DNA of 64,000 bases. Origin: Geosiphon pyriformis uo1. Taxonomy: Eukaryota; Fungi; Glomeromycota. The notes beneath the pieces are model-generated. The model ran no database searches and was not told the origin of the DNA. It worked only from the letters and a program-made list of their open reading frames with translations. Positions 1 to 11,749 of this stretch are shown here, piece after piece (position 1 is the stretch's first letter; each line of letters starts with the position of its first letter). The stretch is taken from positions 999,538-1,063,537 of the forward strand of contig JAAOMT010000128.1 in the NCBI GenBank assembly GCA_016748015.1. The letters run 5' to 3'. A program made the translations under genes and the position numbers.

Positions 1-316
1 TCTAAAAGCATCGAATAGTTCTTGGATCTTTGAAGTTGAATAGTTATCACTTTTTGTTACTCCATTCAGTTTTTGGTAGTCTACACAAAAATGAATTTTC
101 CCATTTTTCTTATGGACCAGTACCACTAGTGATGATCATGGACTTATTGATGGCTGAATTAGCCTATTGTTAAGCATTCAGTTAATTTCTTAACAAATAA
201 TCTCATGGCTAGCTGGTAGTACTCTGTATGCTCTTTGTTAATTGACATTGCATCTTCAGTCTTAATCTGATGCTGAATGATATTGGTTCAGCCAAATTTA
301 TTTTCACTAGCAAAAA
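1..316 (-). pseudogene. Reverse transcriptase N-terminus (Gypsy A)
   Basis: Translates to QHQIKTEDAMSIKQRAYR...LVVLVHKKNGKIHFCVDYQKLNGVTKSDNY, the typical Ty3 RT start, with stops. Confidence 0.9.
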
Positions 317-809
317 TGTCATTGAAATTGTTGAGTAACATCTTGAGTTGCATCTGTTAAAGTGGATCTAGATTCCTTATGTTCATCTGTTCCAATTGTT
401 CTGGTTGAGAGCAGATAATATTTACTTCTTCCATAGATGGTTTGTGATGTAATGTCTATATATCTGCAAATCTGTGAAAAATCTGAAATGTGGTTTGGTG
501 GTTGATCCTCAACTTTGGTGATTAAATATCTAATAATGGTTCTTTTTGGTATTTTGATAATCTTTCCAGTTGTGTTATAGATGGGAATTTTGATGTTTTT
601 GGGGCTTTTGGCTGATATGTAGAGATTGGTGAGTCCAATCTCTTCTGATTCACAAATGGTGGCTTCTGCTTCAAACAATTGAGCTTAATCCTTTACTTTT
701 CTTTTTATGACTAACATATACTGGTTATATGGTGGAATAAAAATTGTTTGATGAGTTGAGATAATTTCTCTTTTGTCAACAATTTCTTCTTCTGCCATAT
801 TAACTGGTA

Positions 810-1200
810 TATTTATTCTATCCATTGATCTGAATCCCTGTATCCCTCTAGCTGTAATTCCTAATTCCTCCCTGTTTCCCACTAACACTAACTGAGCTAT
901 TTTTACCAGAGGTAAGAATATTGCCTGTGCTATCTTTTCATTTGGCTCTATAATATAGGTCTTTTCTGAGTCATTTTGTAGCATGGCAATGATATTTTTT
1001 ACGTATTCCGCATCAATTATTCCTTCTCTGATGTTGATTTCTTTTTTCACTAAACTATTCTTAGATGCTAATTAAACCATGGTTGTTGCTGAAATTTCCA
1101 GAGCTATTTTGAGATCAATACATGTGTGCAAATTTGGTTCCAATTTGATGGCTTTTTTTCTCAGATATCTTAAATCAAATCCTGCATTGGTATTATGCAC
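810..1200 (-). pseudogene. dUTPase domain inside the Gypsy A polyprotein
   Basis: All five trimeric dUTPase motifs are recognisable: NAGFDLRY, AS(K)NSL, GIIDAEYVKNI, IAQAIF, RGIQGFRS. Confidence 0.88.
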
Positions 1201-2519
1201 ACATTCTGACATGATACTTTCATTATTATCACTATATCATTTGAGTTTCTGTTTCTTAGAGAGATCAAAAAGTGCAATAAATGTTTCAGAATTTGAATTG
1301 GAGTTTAAATTGTCATAATTTTTGTTGTTATTTGGAGCAGAACTGAAACTGTTGTTTTCATCATCATTGTTGTCAGAGTTTGAATCGAGATTAAAAGTTA
1401 ATTCTGATTCTGATGCACAGCTGTTGATTAGTTCTTTCTCTTCTGGGATCATGTAGATCATGTGTGGTGGTGGATTGTAAATGAGGTCACACTCATTACA
1501 ATACTGGAAGTTACATGAGATCAAACAGTGGTCATATAGTCAAGTGTTGATTTCTTTTAAGCATTGCTTCTGTTCTTCTATTGTAAGCACTAATTGCTGG
1601 TAATATTCATGAAATTCTTCCAGATCATCCTCAATGTTGCCAAAGATGTTGAAAGTTTGGACATATTCAGATTCAAGAAGTGATAGAGAGTTGTTTTTTA
1701 TTTTCTATAATTTGCTGGTTGTTGCGCCTTCTGTTTTTGTGTACACCATTCTCTATAGTTCATGTTTGTTATGGGAACATCCTTCCAATTGTCACAATGC
1801 TTTTTTCCAGGCATCGTCAATTAGTGTTCTTTTGCATACCCAGTCATTGATTAGGATTGTATACTGACACATCTCATCACATGTTCCTCCATGTTCAGGA
1901 ATGTTGTTCCACATTTCTTCATCAGATAAAATAGTTCCACAGACAAAACACAGTTTATTGTCTCATTTTTTTTGCCATTTTGGTCATCCAAAGCATTCTA
2001 TGACACACGCATGGCAATAGAATTTGGTTGCTGTTTGGTATTTCTCATCATCGCCACATCATGTACCCATTAATGACAATTTCTTGCCACAATTGACACA
2101 TATTAGCTTTGGTTAACAATAGCTTAATTGTTGTGTTGGTGTGTATATATAAGGGGTGTAAATGGCAGTTGGTAGTGGTTCTACTTTCATCGCTTTTCTT
2201 TTCCCTTTCCCCCTCTCATCCCATTCCCAAGTTGTTGGTTCTTCTGACTCATGATTGGTTTTCCAGTCTTGGTTGGCATTCCAGGTAAGTTCTTCTTTCT
2301 GCTTTTTTTTGGTGTTGTCGTCCCATGAAGGTACTGGTGGCAGTTCATTGTGCTCTGTATCGGCCCAAAAAACTTGGTAGACTTTTCAGATAGGTTTCTT
2401 CTTTTCTTCTTCAAATTTGATGAGTGGAGGTTGTCGAGTTGGTGATCTTGAAATGGCCACATGTGGCTGATACACATGTGCATCAACTATTTTGACTAAG
2501 TTGTAATTTTTAAGTGGTT

Positions 2520-2830
2520 CAATCAAGTATGGCATTAGTTTTGGATAACTAATTGCTGCCTACCAATGCTTGATATTGAGTTGCTTTTATCACTAGGACT
2601 TTAATAGGAGTAATGATGCTGTTGACTTTGAAAGAGAAGTCATCAATTTTGCCAATTGGAATTTTAGTTGCTCTATCAGCAGTGATTATGTGTGTGCTAG
2701 CAGCACAATCAACTTGGTGACCTAATTGGTCCATGAATTGTTATGTAATGATACTGTCAGCTGATCTACTATCTAAGATCAGTTTGATAACATGGCCATT
2801 AACTTTCATATTAGTGTACATAGTGGTAAT
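2520..2830 (-). pseudogene. Retroviral-type aspartic protease (Gypsy A)
   Basis: VNGHVIKLILDSRSADSIIT (DSG motif, mutated) and C-terminal ALVGSN. Confidence 0.85.
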
Positions 2831-3449
2831 TGGTTTTTCTTCCAGAGCAGCTCTACTAAATAACAGTATGGTTGACAGTTCTTCAAGTTCAAATGGGAAT
2901 ATGGCATCTAGTGATTCATTTTCAGTAATGATAGCAGGCAGAATATTGCTGGTAAGTGTTGGGTGTTGGTTGGTTTCCAGATTATTGGGTTGGGTGTCTT
3001 CTGAGGTGACTAGAAGACTTAAATAGTTCTGGGAATTTTGGGTTTTGGGCATACCTGATGCCCAAATTTCATTGTCAAAATTCTGTGGGTTGTGTGGAAG
3101 AACTGGGGATCAGTTGGTAAACTATTATCAATGATCTCCAGCTTTGTTAGGTCAATCTCAGTCTTTGGATTCTGTTTTGAGGTAAGTTCTGTAGTAGTGC
3201 TTGAATTTGTTGGGGCTGATAGATTACCTGAGGCTGCAGCTGATAAATGGGTTGTGGCTGCAGCTGATAAATTGCTAGTATTGTCAGTTAATAAATTGGC
3301 ATTTGATATATTAGTGGTTGATAAGGTGGCTGCTGTATCATAGGTAAGTAATTCTGATAATATGGCTCTGAGTTTGGTAAGTTATTTGGAATGTGAAACC
3401 AGCAATCAGGGTTTTAATATTGATTTCCCAATTGTTGGTTATTTAAGCA

Positions 3450-5234
3450 ATAATGGCAATTGATTTGTAGGTGTCCTTGTTTACCACAATAGTGGCAAAC
3501 ACACATTTCCTGTTGCCACTGTTGATTGGTCAATGATGATAAACATGACTGATTCTGGAAATAATTCGCATTTCTGGAATTATTGCATCATTGTGGTAGT
3601 TGATAAATTGTGTGATTGTCAGCTAAGTATCCCTCTAATTTCTGATTAATGAAATTACTAAATTGTTTCAATTTGGAATCCAATTCAGATGATTCATTCA
3701 TTACTAGATTAATGGCTTGGGCATGGTTGGCTTCTAATTCAGTGGCTTCAAAATCTCTGGCATTTGTGATGGCTGCTTGCAGATCAATGGAATGCATTGA
3801 ACATATATGTTGTAGAATGCTGCTGCATAATCCACGAATAAACTGATTTAGGATCTGGGCTACTGTGAAATAATTGGGGTCAATGGCTTGGATCTGGCAC
3901 AGATTCTTGTGAAAACATTCTAAGTAAGTAGTAACTGCTTCATTTTCTTCTTGTTTAATAGTAGTGAAAGTGTTTGCTAGTCTGTTAATGCTGTTATTGT
4001 TGCTAAAGTATCTTAAGAATTCTATTTTAAATGTATTGAAATCTTGGAGTTTGTTGATCAAACTTTGGTACCATGAATTAACAGTATTCTGGAGAAAATA
4101 TGAGATGGCTTGCATGGCTCTGGCATTATTTCATCCATTAGCTGCAATGGCTTTTTCTATATTGTTAAGCCATACTTGGGCATCGTTCTTTTTGCTGGTG
4201 AATTTCTCAAGTTTTGCTATTGGAGCATAGGCCATTGGATCTAAGTTTAGTTGGGGTTGTTGTTATGGTGGTTGTAATTGTTGTTGTGGCTGTTGAAGCG
4301 GCTGTTGTAGTTGTTGGGGCAGTTGTTGCTGTTTGTCAATTAGTAGAGCTGGGGATAGATTGATCACAATTACTGGAGGTAAGTATTGTTGATTATTAAT
4401 GTCAAGATTTCGATCATTCTGATCATGCTGTGTTTGAAAATTCAGAGTTTTAATTTCTGGATTTCCTAAATTTAGATTTTACTGAATCTGAAAGTTTGGG
4501 ATTCTAATGTCCGGATTTTCTGGGATTAGGTTTTGGTATGTAAATTCTTGATCTTCAGATTTTTTTTCTTTCTCTTCTTCTGATTCCATTATTTTTCAAA
4601 AACTTGTGTTTCTGAAATCTGGTTAAGGTGGTGGTGATCAGAATTCTGATGGCATTGGCAATCGCAATTTAAATCCTTCAAAATAATCGCTGTATGGTCC
4701 CAATAACTCTGCTTTCCTTTGTTTACTTTGAAATGGAAAGTGTCCAAAGGTTGATGTCATGTTTGATGTGGACACGTCTGTTGATGAGATGTTAATGGCA
4801 CTTTCAGGTGTATAATAGTATGATGGGTTGGTAGGTAATTCAACTCAGGTTTTCTTCCAATTGGGTGGTTATATTTGTTTTGGTGTTACTGCTGGGGTTT
4901 GTAATCTTCCTTTGCCTTTATTTGCATAAGTGATGAGGAATTGTTGTTGTGTATACCTTTTGATAGTTTGATTAATTTCCCTAATAATTGGTGTAAAACT
5001 GTAGTTTTTTGGTAAGCTGGTATGTTAAAATAATTCTGTATAGAAATTTTCTCTTGCTGATTCAATGTTAACTGTTCCTTCTAAGCAATTTGTGATTTTA
5101 TTGTTGACATAGAAATTAAAGGCTAATTTTGCTGGGAAATGATTATTGTTTAATCCTAATTGTTGACTGTACTGTTGAAATAAAAATTTGGCAAATCCTA
5201 AATGGTTTGTTCTTATGATTTCTGATTCTGCCAC
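3450..5234 (-). pseudogene. gag (Gypsy A)
   Basis: ORF pieces 5025-5234 and 3588-4115 (FLRYFSNNNSINRLANTFTTIKQ...LNQFIRGL), Q/P-rich linker, CCHC knuckle near 3454-3496. Confidence 0.85.
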
Positions 5235-5276
5235 TTTTGAATGATTGTTAATGGTGCTGGTTCTCTGTAGAATTAT

Positions 5277-5294
5277 ATCTTACAAAGAGCACCA
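5277..5294 (-). other. Primer-binding site (Gypsy A)
   Basis: TGGTGCTCTTTGTAAGAT starts 2 nt after the LTR end. TGG is complementary to tRNA CCA. The same motif occurs at 60263. Confidence 0.8.
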
Positions 5295-5296
5295 AA

Positions 5297-6045
5297 TGTT
5301 ACAGATGATTATTTGGGGTCTTAAATCAAATAACAAATCTGTAACTTGGTGCTCAATATCTTGACAATACTAATATTACTGGCACATTGGTTGTATCTGA
5401 AGGTTTTAGAGTAGAGTCTTTTGTATAATGAACAGAGATTCAATGATGATGTAGTTGGTTGGTAAGTTGTGTTCTCAATTTCTGTCTTCAGCTTGGTGGC
5501 TGGTTTATTCTGGCATTTGTGCCCTTCTGGTAAGCTATCCATTAATATATATAATTTTACCCTTATTTCTGAGTCTTTTACCAGACTATCCATGACATCA
5601 ATTACTCAGTGCTTTAATCCTTAATCAGTTAGTATTCAACAAGAAAAATCAAAGAAATAAATAAATAAAAAAATGAGCCAAGACAATGTGCAAGTTAGTA
5701 TCTCATCAATAGCCATAATTAAGAGCTATTGTTTCAGTATAGTTAAGTATCAATTACTATTAACACTTCATGTTGATAGTGAAGAGTGAATTTGAATAGT
5801 AGATGATTTATTTATTTAATATTTGTGGATAGAAGATTTTTAACTAGAGATTTTGTTCTTTCTACTTTTAACACTACCACTATATATATATAATTGATGT
5901 TCTACAAGATCGCTTACATTCCCAAGCAATGTGCTATGATTTCTTGAGCAATACTCACATTGCTGAACAATGTGCTCATGTATTAAATACTATTCTCTTA
6001 TTGGTCTACTATTTTCTATATCTGTTTTTCTTTTTATGAGTAACA
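5297..6045 (-). repeat. 5' LTR, family A (~750 bp)
   Basis: TGTTAC...GTAACA inverted termini, TATA-like TATATATATAG, two internal hairpins and a T-rich tract. Homologous to 59075-59970 and other copies. Confidence 0.85.
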
Positions 6046-6106
6046 CTTTTTAATAATTATTGTTATATTAATTATTTTTTTTTTAAAATTATTATTGTAT
6101 TATAAT

Positions 6107-9100
6107 TTTTTTTTTATTACGTTTAACAAGCGAGGTCCAAACACTACCTAGGACAATACATTAATGAAATGATCTAAACTAGGCATGAATCATGTGTTTA
6201 ACCACACGTAACCAGCCACTCGAGCCAGTCAGGACAACACTACACAACTATATTAACAGAAACCATGTCATCAATATCCGAAAAAAACGAACAAGACTTG
6301 CAAAAGCCAAAAAGAACGCTAAAGGCTTCAGTAACACCAAGCAATTTGACCACACCAGATGACAACCTCGAAACTGAACCAAAAACTGGGATGGAAATTG
6401 ATCTGTCTGCTGGGATTAGGGCATTTTTTTCCATAAAAGCACAATGCTTTGCATGGATCAACCAAATATCATTCCTAAAATCGGAGCATAGAGAGTGCAT
6501 AAAATCAGTAATTTTAATCCCAGCAATCTTGGGATCATGGAAAACAGCAACAGCCTCTTGAAGCCATCCATTGAAAACAAAACCCTTGTAGAGAGCTGAG
6601 GAAACCAGCAAATCTGAAGCACAGATTGACATAAACTGCAACACCACCAAAAAGGGAAGAGAGAGCTCAGAAGCTGACCTCCAAGAGAACATACCAGATT
6701 CCAGAACCTGATGACGAGCTGAATCATCAACCACACAAGAAAACACATGATCAGAAACCTCTACCTCACTACAGTACAAACACAGGACACTAGGATAACA
6801 TTTATTATAAATGCGCTTCCGGACAGCTACAGGAAGCCAGCAGTGTAAAGCCTTCATAAGATAAGTTTGAGTATCAACTGTGAGCCTGCTAGTGAAGCCA
6901 GTGGCCATATGCAAATCAGAGTGCCAAACCCTAGAAGAACTGAGCCAGTCAACATTTGAATGCAAACTATGAACCAGAAATCCAGAACCAGAACTGACTT
7001 CCCATTGTGTATGACAAACTGCATGATAAATATCTCAAACAAAGTGTCTAGAATTACCAGAAACAACACCACCATCTGCCAACAAAAAGTGTCCATCCAT
7101 GTGAGGAGGAAGAAACCAACCAGATAAAGATGCAGCATCAGCAATACCATCAGTGCAATTATTCCCTGAAATGCTGAAGTGGCCCTTGACTTTGTGCCAA
7201 CTAACTTTCAAATTCTTACTGTGGATAACATTCCGAATATGCCGACGCTTGACCCAACATTGATTGTGAAAGTCAGGACACATCAGGCTTAACTCAGATC
7301 TACAAGCATCCAAAGCTGTTTGACTATCTGAAAACAACTTAACAGAACGAGTTGCAGGCACACACTCCAAAGCCAATGCTATAGTCTGTAATTCCACTAA
7401 AGTAGATGACACCAAACCCTAAATACCAACACCCAAACCCAAACCAATGTCTTCAAAAAAAGCAGCCGCCCCAGCTCTACAATCAATTGTGCCCAAATAC
7501 TTCAAAGAACTATCTGTATATATTAATAAACTTTCGATGTCAACTTGGGAAAGATGACCACAAGTGGCCACAAACTCATCAGACTCACAAAAGTTAAGAA
7601 GACCAGCACAAACTGAGGCTGTGGAAGATGAATAAAAAGCTGTAAAAAATGCAGTAGAAAGCTTGAACCACTCAGGAACCAGACCACAAGGGTCCAACCT
7701 TTTCCACCACTTGAAGGTGCGCCAGCTAAAAGCAACACCATAACAATCATGAAGCTGATTCATGAAAACAATGCCAAAATGCCAAAAAGAAAGTAAAAAC
7801 TTGAAAAACAAAGACTTGCCAAGAATGGCAGACATAGGAATCTTGTTGCAAAACCGAAAAGCACTGGCCAAAGAGCCGTCTAAAGACAACTTGCAATCAA
7901 GGAGAATGTGAACCATACCAGCCAAGAAATTATTAGAAACACTGACGTGAATACAAGTAGGAGAGATCAAAGAGTGAATGGGCCTTCAACACAGAATCTG
8001 TAAGTTATGTGACTTGTGACAGGGCAAATGCTTCAAAATCCCGCCAGAGTTCACAAAACTAATAAGCGAAGCCACTTTACTCTCAGATTGACACTGTGAA
8101 AAAAATTTCAAACCATAAAAAAAGAGATGATGAATAGTATTACTAGGAAAGTCCATTGAAAGACCCACTTTTAACTTCAAGCCCTTTCGAATCAGAGTGT
8201 CAACTTATCGCACACACCAACAGGAATATAGCCAAACTGTGTTCTGTAACCAATTATGGGATGGAGAACTGCTGACACCAGATACAAGAACTGCTTATCT
8301 GAAACCACCTTCCTTAGAACTAAATTAGTAAAGAAACAAATATTTGAATGTGTCTTAGTCAAGCTAGGTCTTGAAAGACCCTCAAATGACAAAAAAATAC
8401 CAAGATACTAATGAGGTTCCCCTCTATAGACAACAGAAATAGGCGAACCACTAATAAAAAGAGACAGAACACTGATTCTGCTGTTAATTGGAATGGCCAC
8501 AGTTTTGTCATTATTAATAAAAATGTCGTTGACTTTAAAAAATTCACTAGCAATGTTGAGAATATGTTGGGTAGCAGCTTGACTGCTACTAATCCAAATA
8601 GTATCATCAACAAAGGCTCTAGCAGCAAGAAAAATAGAAAACCCAGTTTGAAACTCAGTGCGACCACTTCCAGAAACAAAATGAAAATTGAGCCTGTAGC
8701 CACACACACTCTTTTGACACTTGACTTCACATAAAAAAGGATCATAAAATATGCGCCACAGCAGAGAGGAAAAAACTTCACCTTGATCCAACTTATCAAA
8801 CACCTGATAACCATCAGTCAAACTAAAATCTGTCATGACACAGTTGGTTCAGTTCTTATGAATACTACCAAAAAAGCGAACAAATTTATTACACATTTTG
8901 ATCCTGACCAAGCTCCTCTCAAGGTGCTCCTAGCCAACTGAATTATATGCCTTTTGCATGTCTTGTAGAACAAGCCAAAGTTCCCAGTTTTTCTCCAAAG
9001 CATCCTCAATTACTGAACCAACTGCAAAAATAGGAGATTGAGTTGTTGTACCCTTTAAAACTGAAAAATTGTTACCATGCAGAACATCATATGAGCTGCA

Positions 9101-9906
9101 AGCCAGTGAGATCCTATCTGAAAGAATCTTGGATAGAATCTTGCAAGCTATTTCAATCAAGGCAATAGGACAAGTATTCGTGAAAACACCCTTCCACTCA
9201 TAAAGTTTAGGGATCATCGAAACCCAAGCCTCCTTCCAAGGACCAGGCACCAACTTATAAGACAAACAAGAATTCAAAAGAACCAAAAGCAAGCCCAAAA
9301 CTGACTTATCACAATGTTTTCAAAGCTCATTAGAGATGCCTAAGAGACCAGCAGTTTTCTTATTAGGAAGACTGGTAATCACACAATGCAATTCATCAAA
9401 ATTTATCTCACTCATCACCCCAGAAAAAGCATCATCAAAAACGTAGTCCAAAGGTTGGTATTGACAAGACCAAGTATCAGAAATATCATTCACCATCACA
9501 TGCTTTCTGGTCCATTTTTCCATGATAGCGTCTACCTTGGACTTAACCAAATTAAGTTCAAGAACTAACTCATTGCTCATAACCAAATGGTCCAAAACCA
9601 CTTTGCGAAAAGGACGTTTTAACACACTTCTGATTATACAACTCTTATTCAATTCAAAACTTTCTATTCTATTGGCAATAGCCTGCCTAATGTGAGATTC
9701 TTCAGCACACTTGGACTTCATTAATTTAGAAGAGTGGTATAACCTCCTCACTTTGGCCAGAGCAGAACAAATGTCATCTAATTTAGCATTAGAAAAGAAC
9801 ATAAATCTTATTGTCAAAGCCCCAGCAGGGTCAAGATTGTTCTATGTACTCAAAAACGAGGCAAAACTAACACTAGAACTCGAACAAGAAGCCTTTACCA
9901 GCTTAG
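6107..9906 (-). mobile_element. 5'-truncated L1-like LINE (RT, RNase H, zf-RVT)
   Basis: RT motifs (LQDMQKAYNSV, LDQGEVFS, AFVDDT), RNase H (YTDSS, ELQTI, FSDSQ, KVKGH..GN), CLYC..DHVFSC finger, poly(A) tail. 13-bp TSD ATTGTATTATAAT (6094-6106) / ATTATATTATAAT (9907-9919). Confidence 0.92.
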
Positions 9907-10401
9907 ATTATATTATAATATAATAATTTATACTATTTATAATTTTACTAAATTTTTAAATTATAATATTGGTAAAAAATATAAAATTAAATATAAAATT
10001 ATTTATTAAATTGTTTATTAAAAAAATAAAAAACATTAAAATAAATTAGTTATTATACTAAAAAAGTTAAAAATTAAGTATTGTTAATTATTATTAATAA
10101 ATTTTTATCTATTATATAAAAAATTCAATTGACTAAAATTTTTAAATATCAAGATTTTTAAATTTATATTACAAATCAAAAACATCAACTTATAAACTAA
10201 TATACTATATAATTATTTATAATAGTTAATATTTTTATAAAATATAATTTACAAAAAACAAAAATATTATCAATAATTATTTAATAAAAATAGAAAATTA
10301 AAATTTACAAAATTATATATATATGCTATTATTTATATAAAAAAACATAAAAATAATAATATAAATAGCCAATAACAAATTAAAAGATTATTAGAATATA
10401 T

Positions 10402-11077
10402 TGTTATGAGTTGGAATAATAAGCTAACAGATAGCAAAGGAGAACAAGATTGTAGGGTGATAGAAATAATTAAAGGGAATTCAACTTCAAAGAGCGAATT
10501 GAATAAGTATAGATTCAATATGCAAGATCAGTCTCATAAAATATCTTAGTTGTTATTCTTTTCAAAAGGTAACTAGAGAATTTAAAGGTAGAGGAATAGT
10601 TCATACTGTCAACAAATGATTATACTTGGTATAATTCTATGCCTTATGTTGATGCTCTTAGAATTCAATATCAAGTATTAGATGTGCTTTTTAGTCACAT
10701 TTTATTCAATAATCTTCAAATGCTATACTTATATGTTTCAGGAAAAGAGTAAAAAATAACCAACAAGTAATCTTTTATCTCAAGATGTTTGGATACTTGA
10801 AGATAGGGAAAAAGAAATTAGCAATAAAAGAGTAATTAAGATGAAAGTTGTTATTTTATTTATTCTTGATTATTTTAAACATGCTTTTTTACAGCTAAGA
10901 GATTCATTGCTTATATAGTTGTCAAAAGTAGTCAATAATCAGGTCAATAATCAAGTCAACAGTCAGATTATTGATCAGGTCAATGATCACTATCTAAAAA
11001 TAAAGTGGCTAATTTATATGACATCAATGGCTAATACATGTGATAATTAATAAGAAGTATAAGTTTCAACTGTAATA
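10402..11077 (-). repeat. 3' LTR of Gypsy B
   Basis: Direct repeat of 17417-18104. Contains ~12-bp CAGGTCAAYRAT tandem units at ~10930-10990. Confidence 0.93.
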
Positions 11078-11703
11078 TCATCCTCTCCAAAGAGATTAAG
11101 CTTCAGTGAAATCAAGCTATTCATAGGGTAATCTATTTGAAGGGTTTTATCTAACTCAAAGCTAACTACTTTGTTGAAGTCTTTTGTGGATAAGATATAT
11201 AATACTTGAGGCAAAATGAGTTTTGTGTTCAAGAAACCAAATCTTTGTATTAGAGTTTTGGCTCTTTTAGCAATGGTTAAAACTCTTGAGACATCTAATC
11301 GTATAATGCCCAAAATTTCTGTCTGTATCTTTGAAGTTGTTTTTTTTATGAGTTTCATATCCTCTATGATTTTACCAAAGCAACCATAGAGTTTTAATTG
11401 CTTTCCATATGACAAGTTTTTGTCTATAGATAAGATTTCTTGGAGTGTTTTTCCAATTGTGTTGGAAGGTGAGAGTATAGCTGCTGTTATACTTTCCAAC
11501 AGATATTTATCTATTTTATTACCAATTCTTTCTCTTCTAGTAGTAGTTTTTTTTGGTCTAATAACAGTATGTGTTCTACTGTTATCAGTTATAGTGGTCT
11601 GTTTTCCAATGGTCAAAGTAGCATATAGATAGTTTTTGATCTAATACTTATGGAGAGTATAGAAGATGTTTTGAATGTTTTAATCCAGAAAATAATTGTT
11701 CAT
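11047..11703 (-). pseudogene. Additional ORF3 of unknown function (Gypsy B)
   Basis: ATG at 11703 just after integrase. Two early stops (TAA, TAG; explicable as CAA/CAG C>T), then open from before 11616 through the PPT into the LTR. Confidence 0.6.
11078..11088 (-). other. Polypurine tract of Gypsy B
   Basis: GGAGAGGATGA immediately before the 3' LTR. Confidence 0.7.
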
Positions 11704-11749
11704 GTTGATTGAAGATACCTTTGTTTTGGGAATGGTGTATTTATTTATA

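Larger units (their letters stand above)
1..6045 (-). mobile_element. Ty3/Gypsy LTR retrotransposon, family A (degenerate; runs off the left edge inside RT)
   Basis: Minus-strand order: LTR, PBS, gag (capsid-like region plus CHYCGKQGH..C knuckle), protease (LILDS), Cys-rich region, dUTPase, RT start (VLVHKKNGKIHFCVDYQKLN). Many in-frame stops. Confidence 0.93.

Noticed and set aside
5700-5750. Hammerhead ribozyme (TGATGA and GAAAC near a hairpin)
   Set aside because: Core elements are not arranged correctly and are not conserved in other LTR-A copies.
5598-5800. A separate hairpin repeat acting as a site-specific target for a ~300-bp LTR
   Set aside because: The repeat is the middle of the ~750-900 bp LTR-A (TGTTAC...GTAACA). 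The apparent tandem LTR at 59.7-60.3 kb is an LTR-in-LTR insertion with a TSD.
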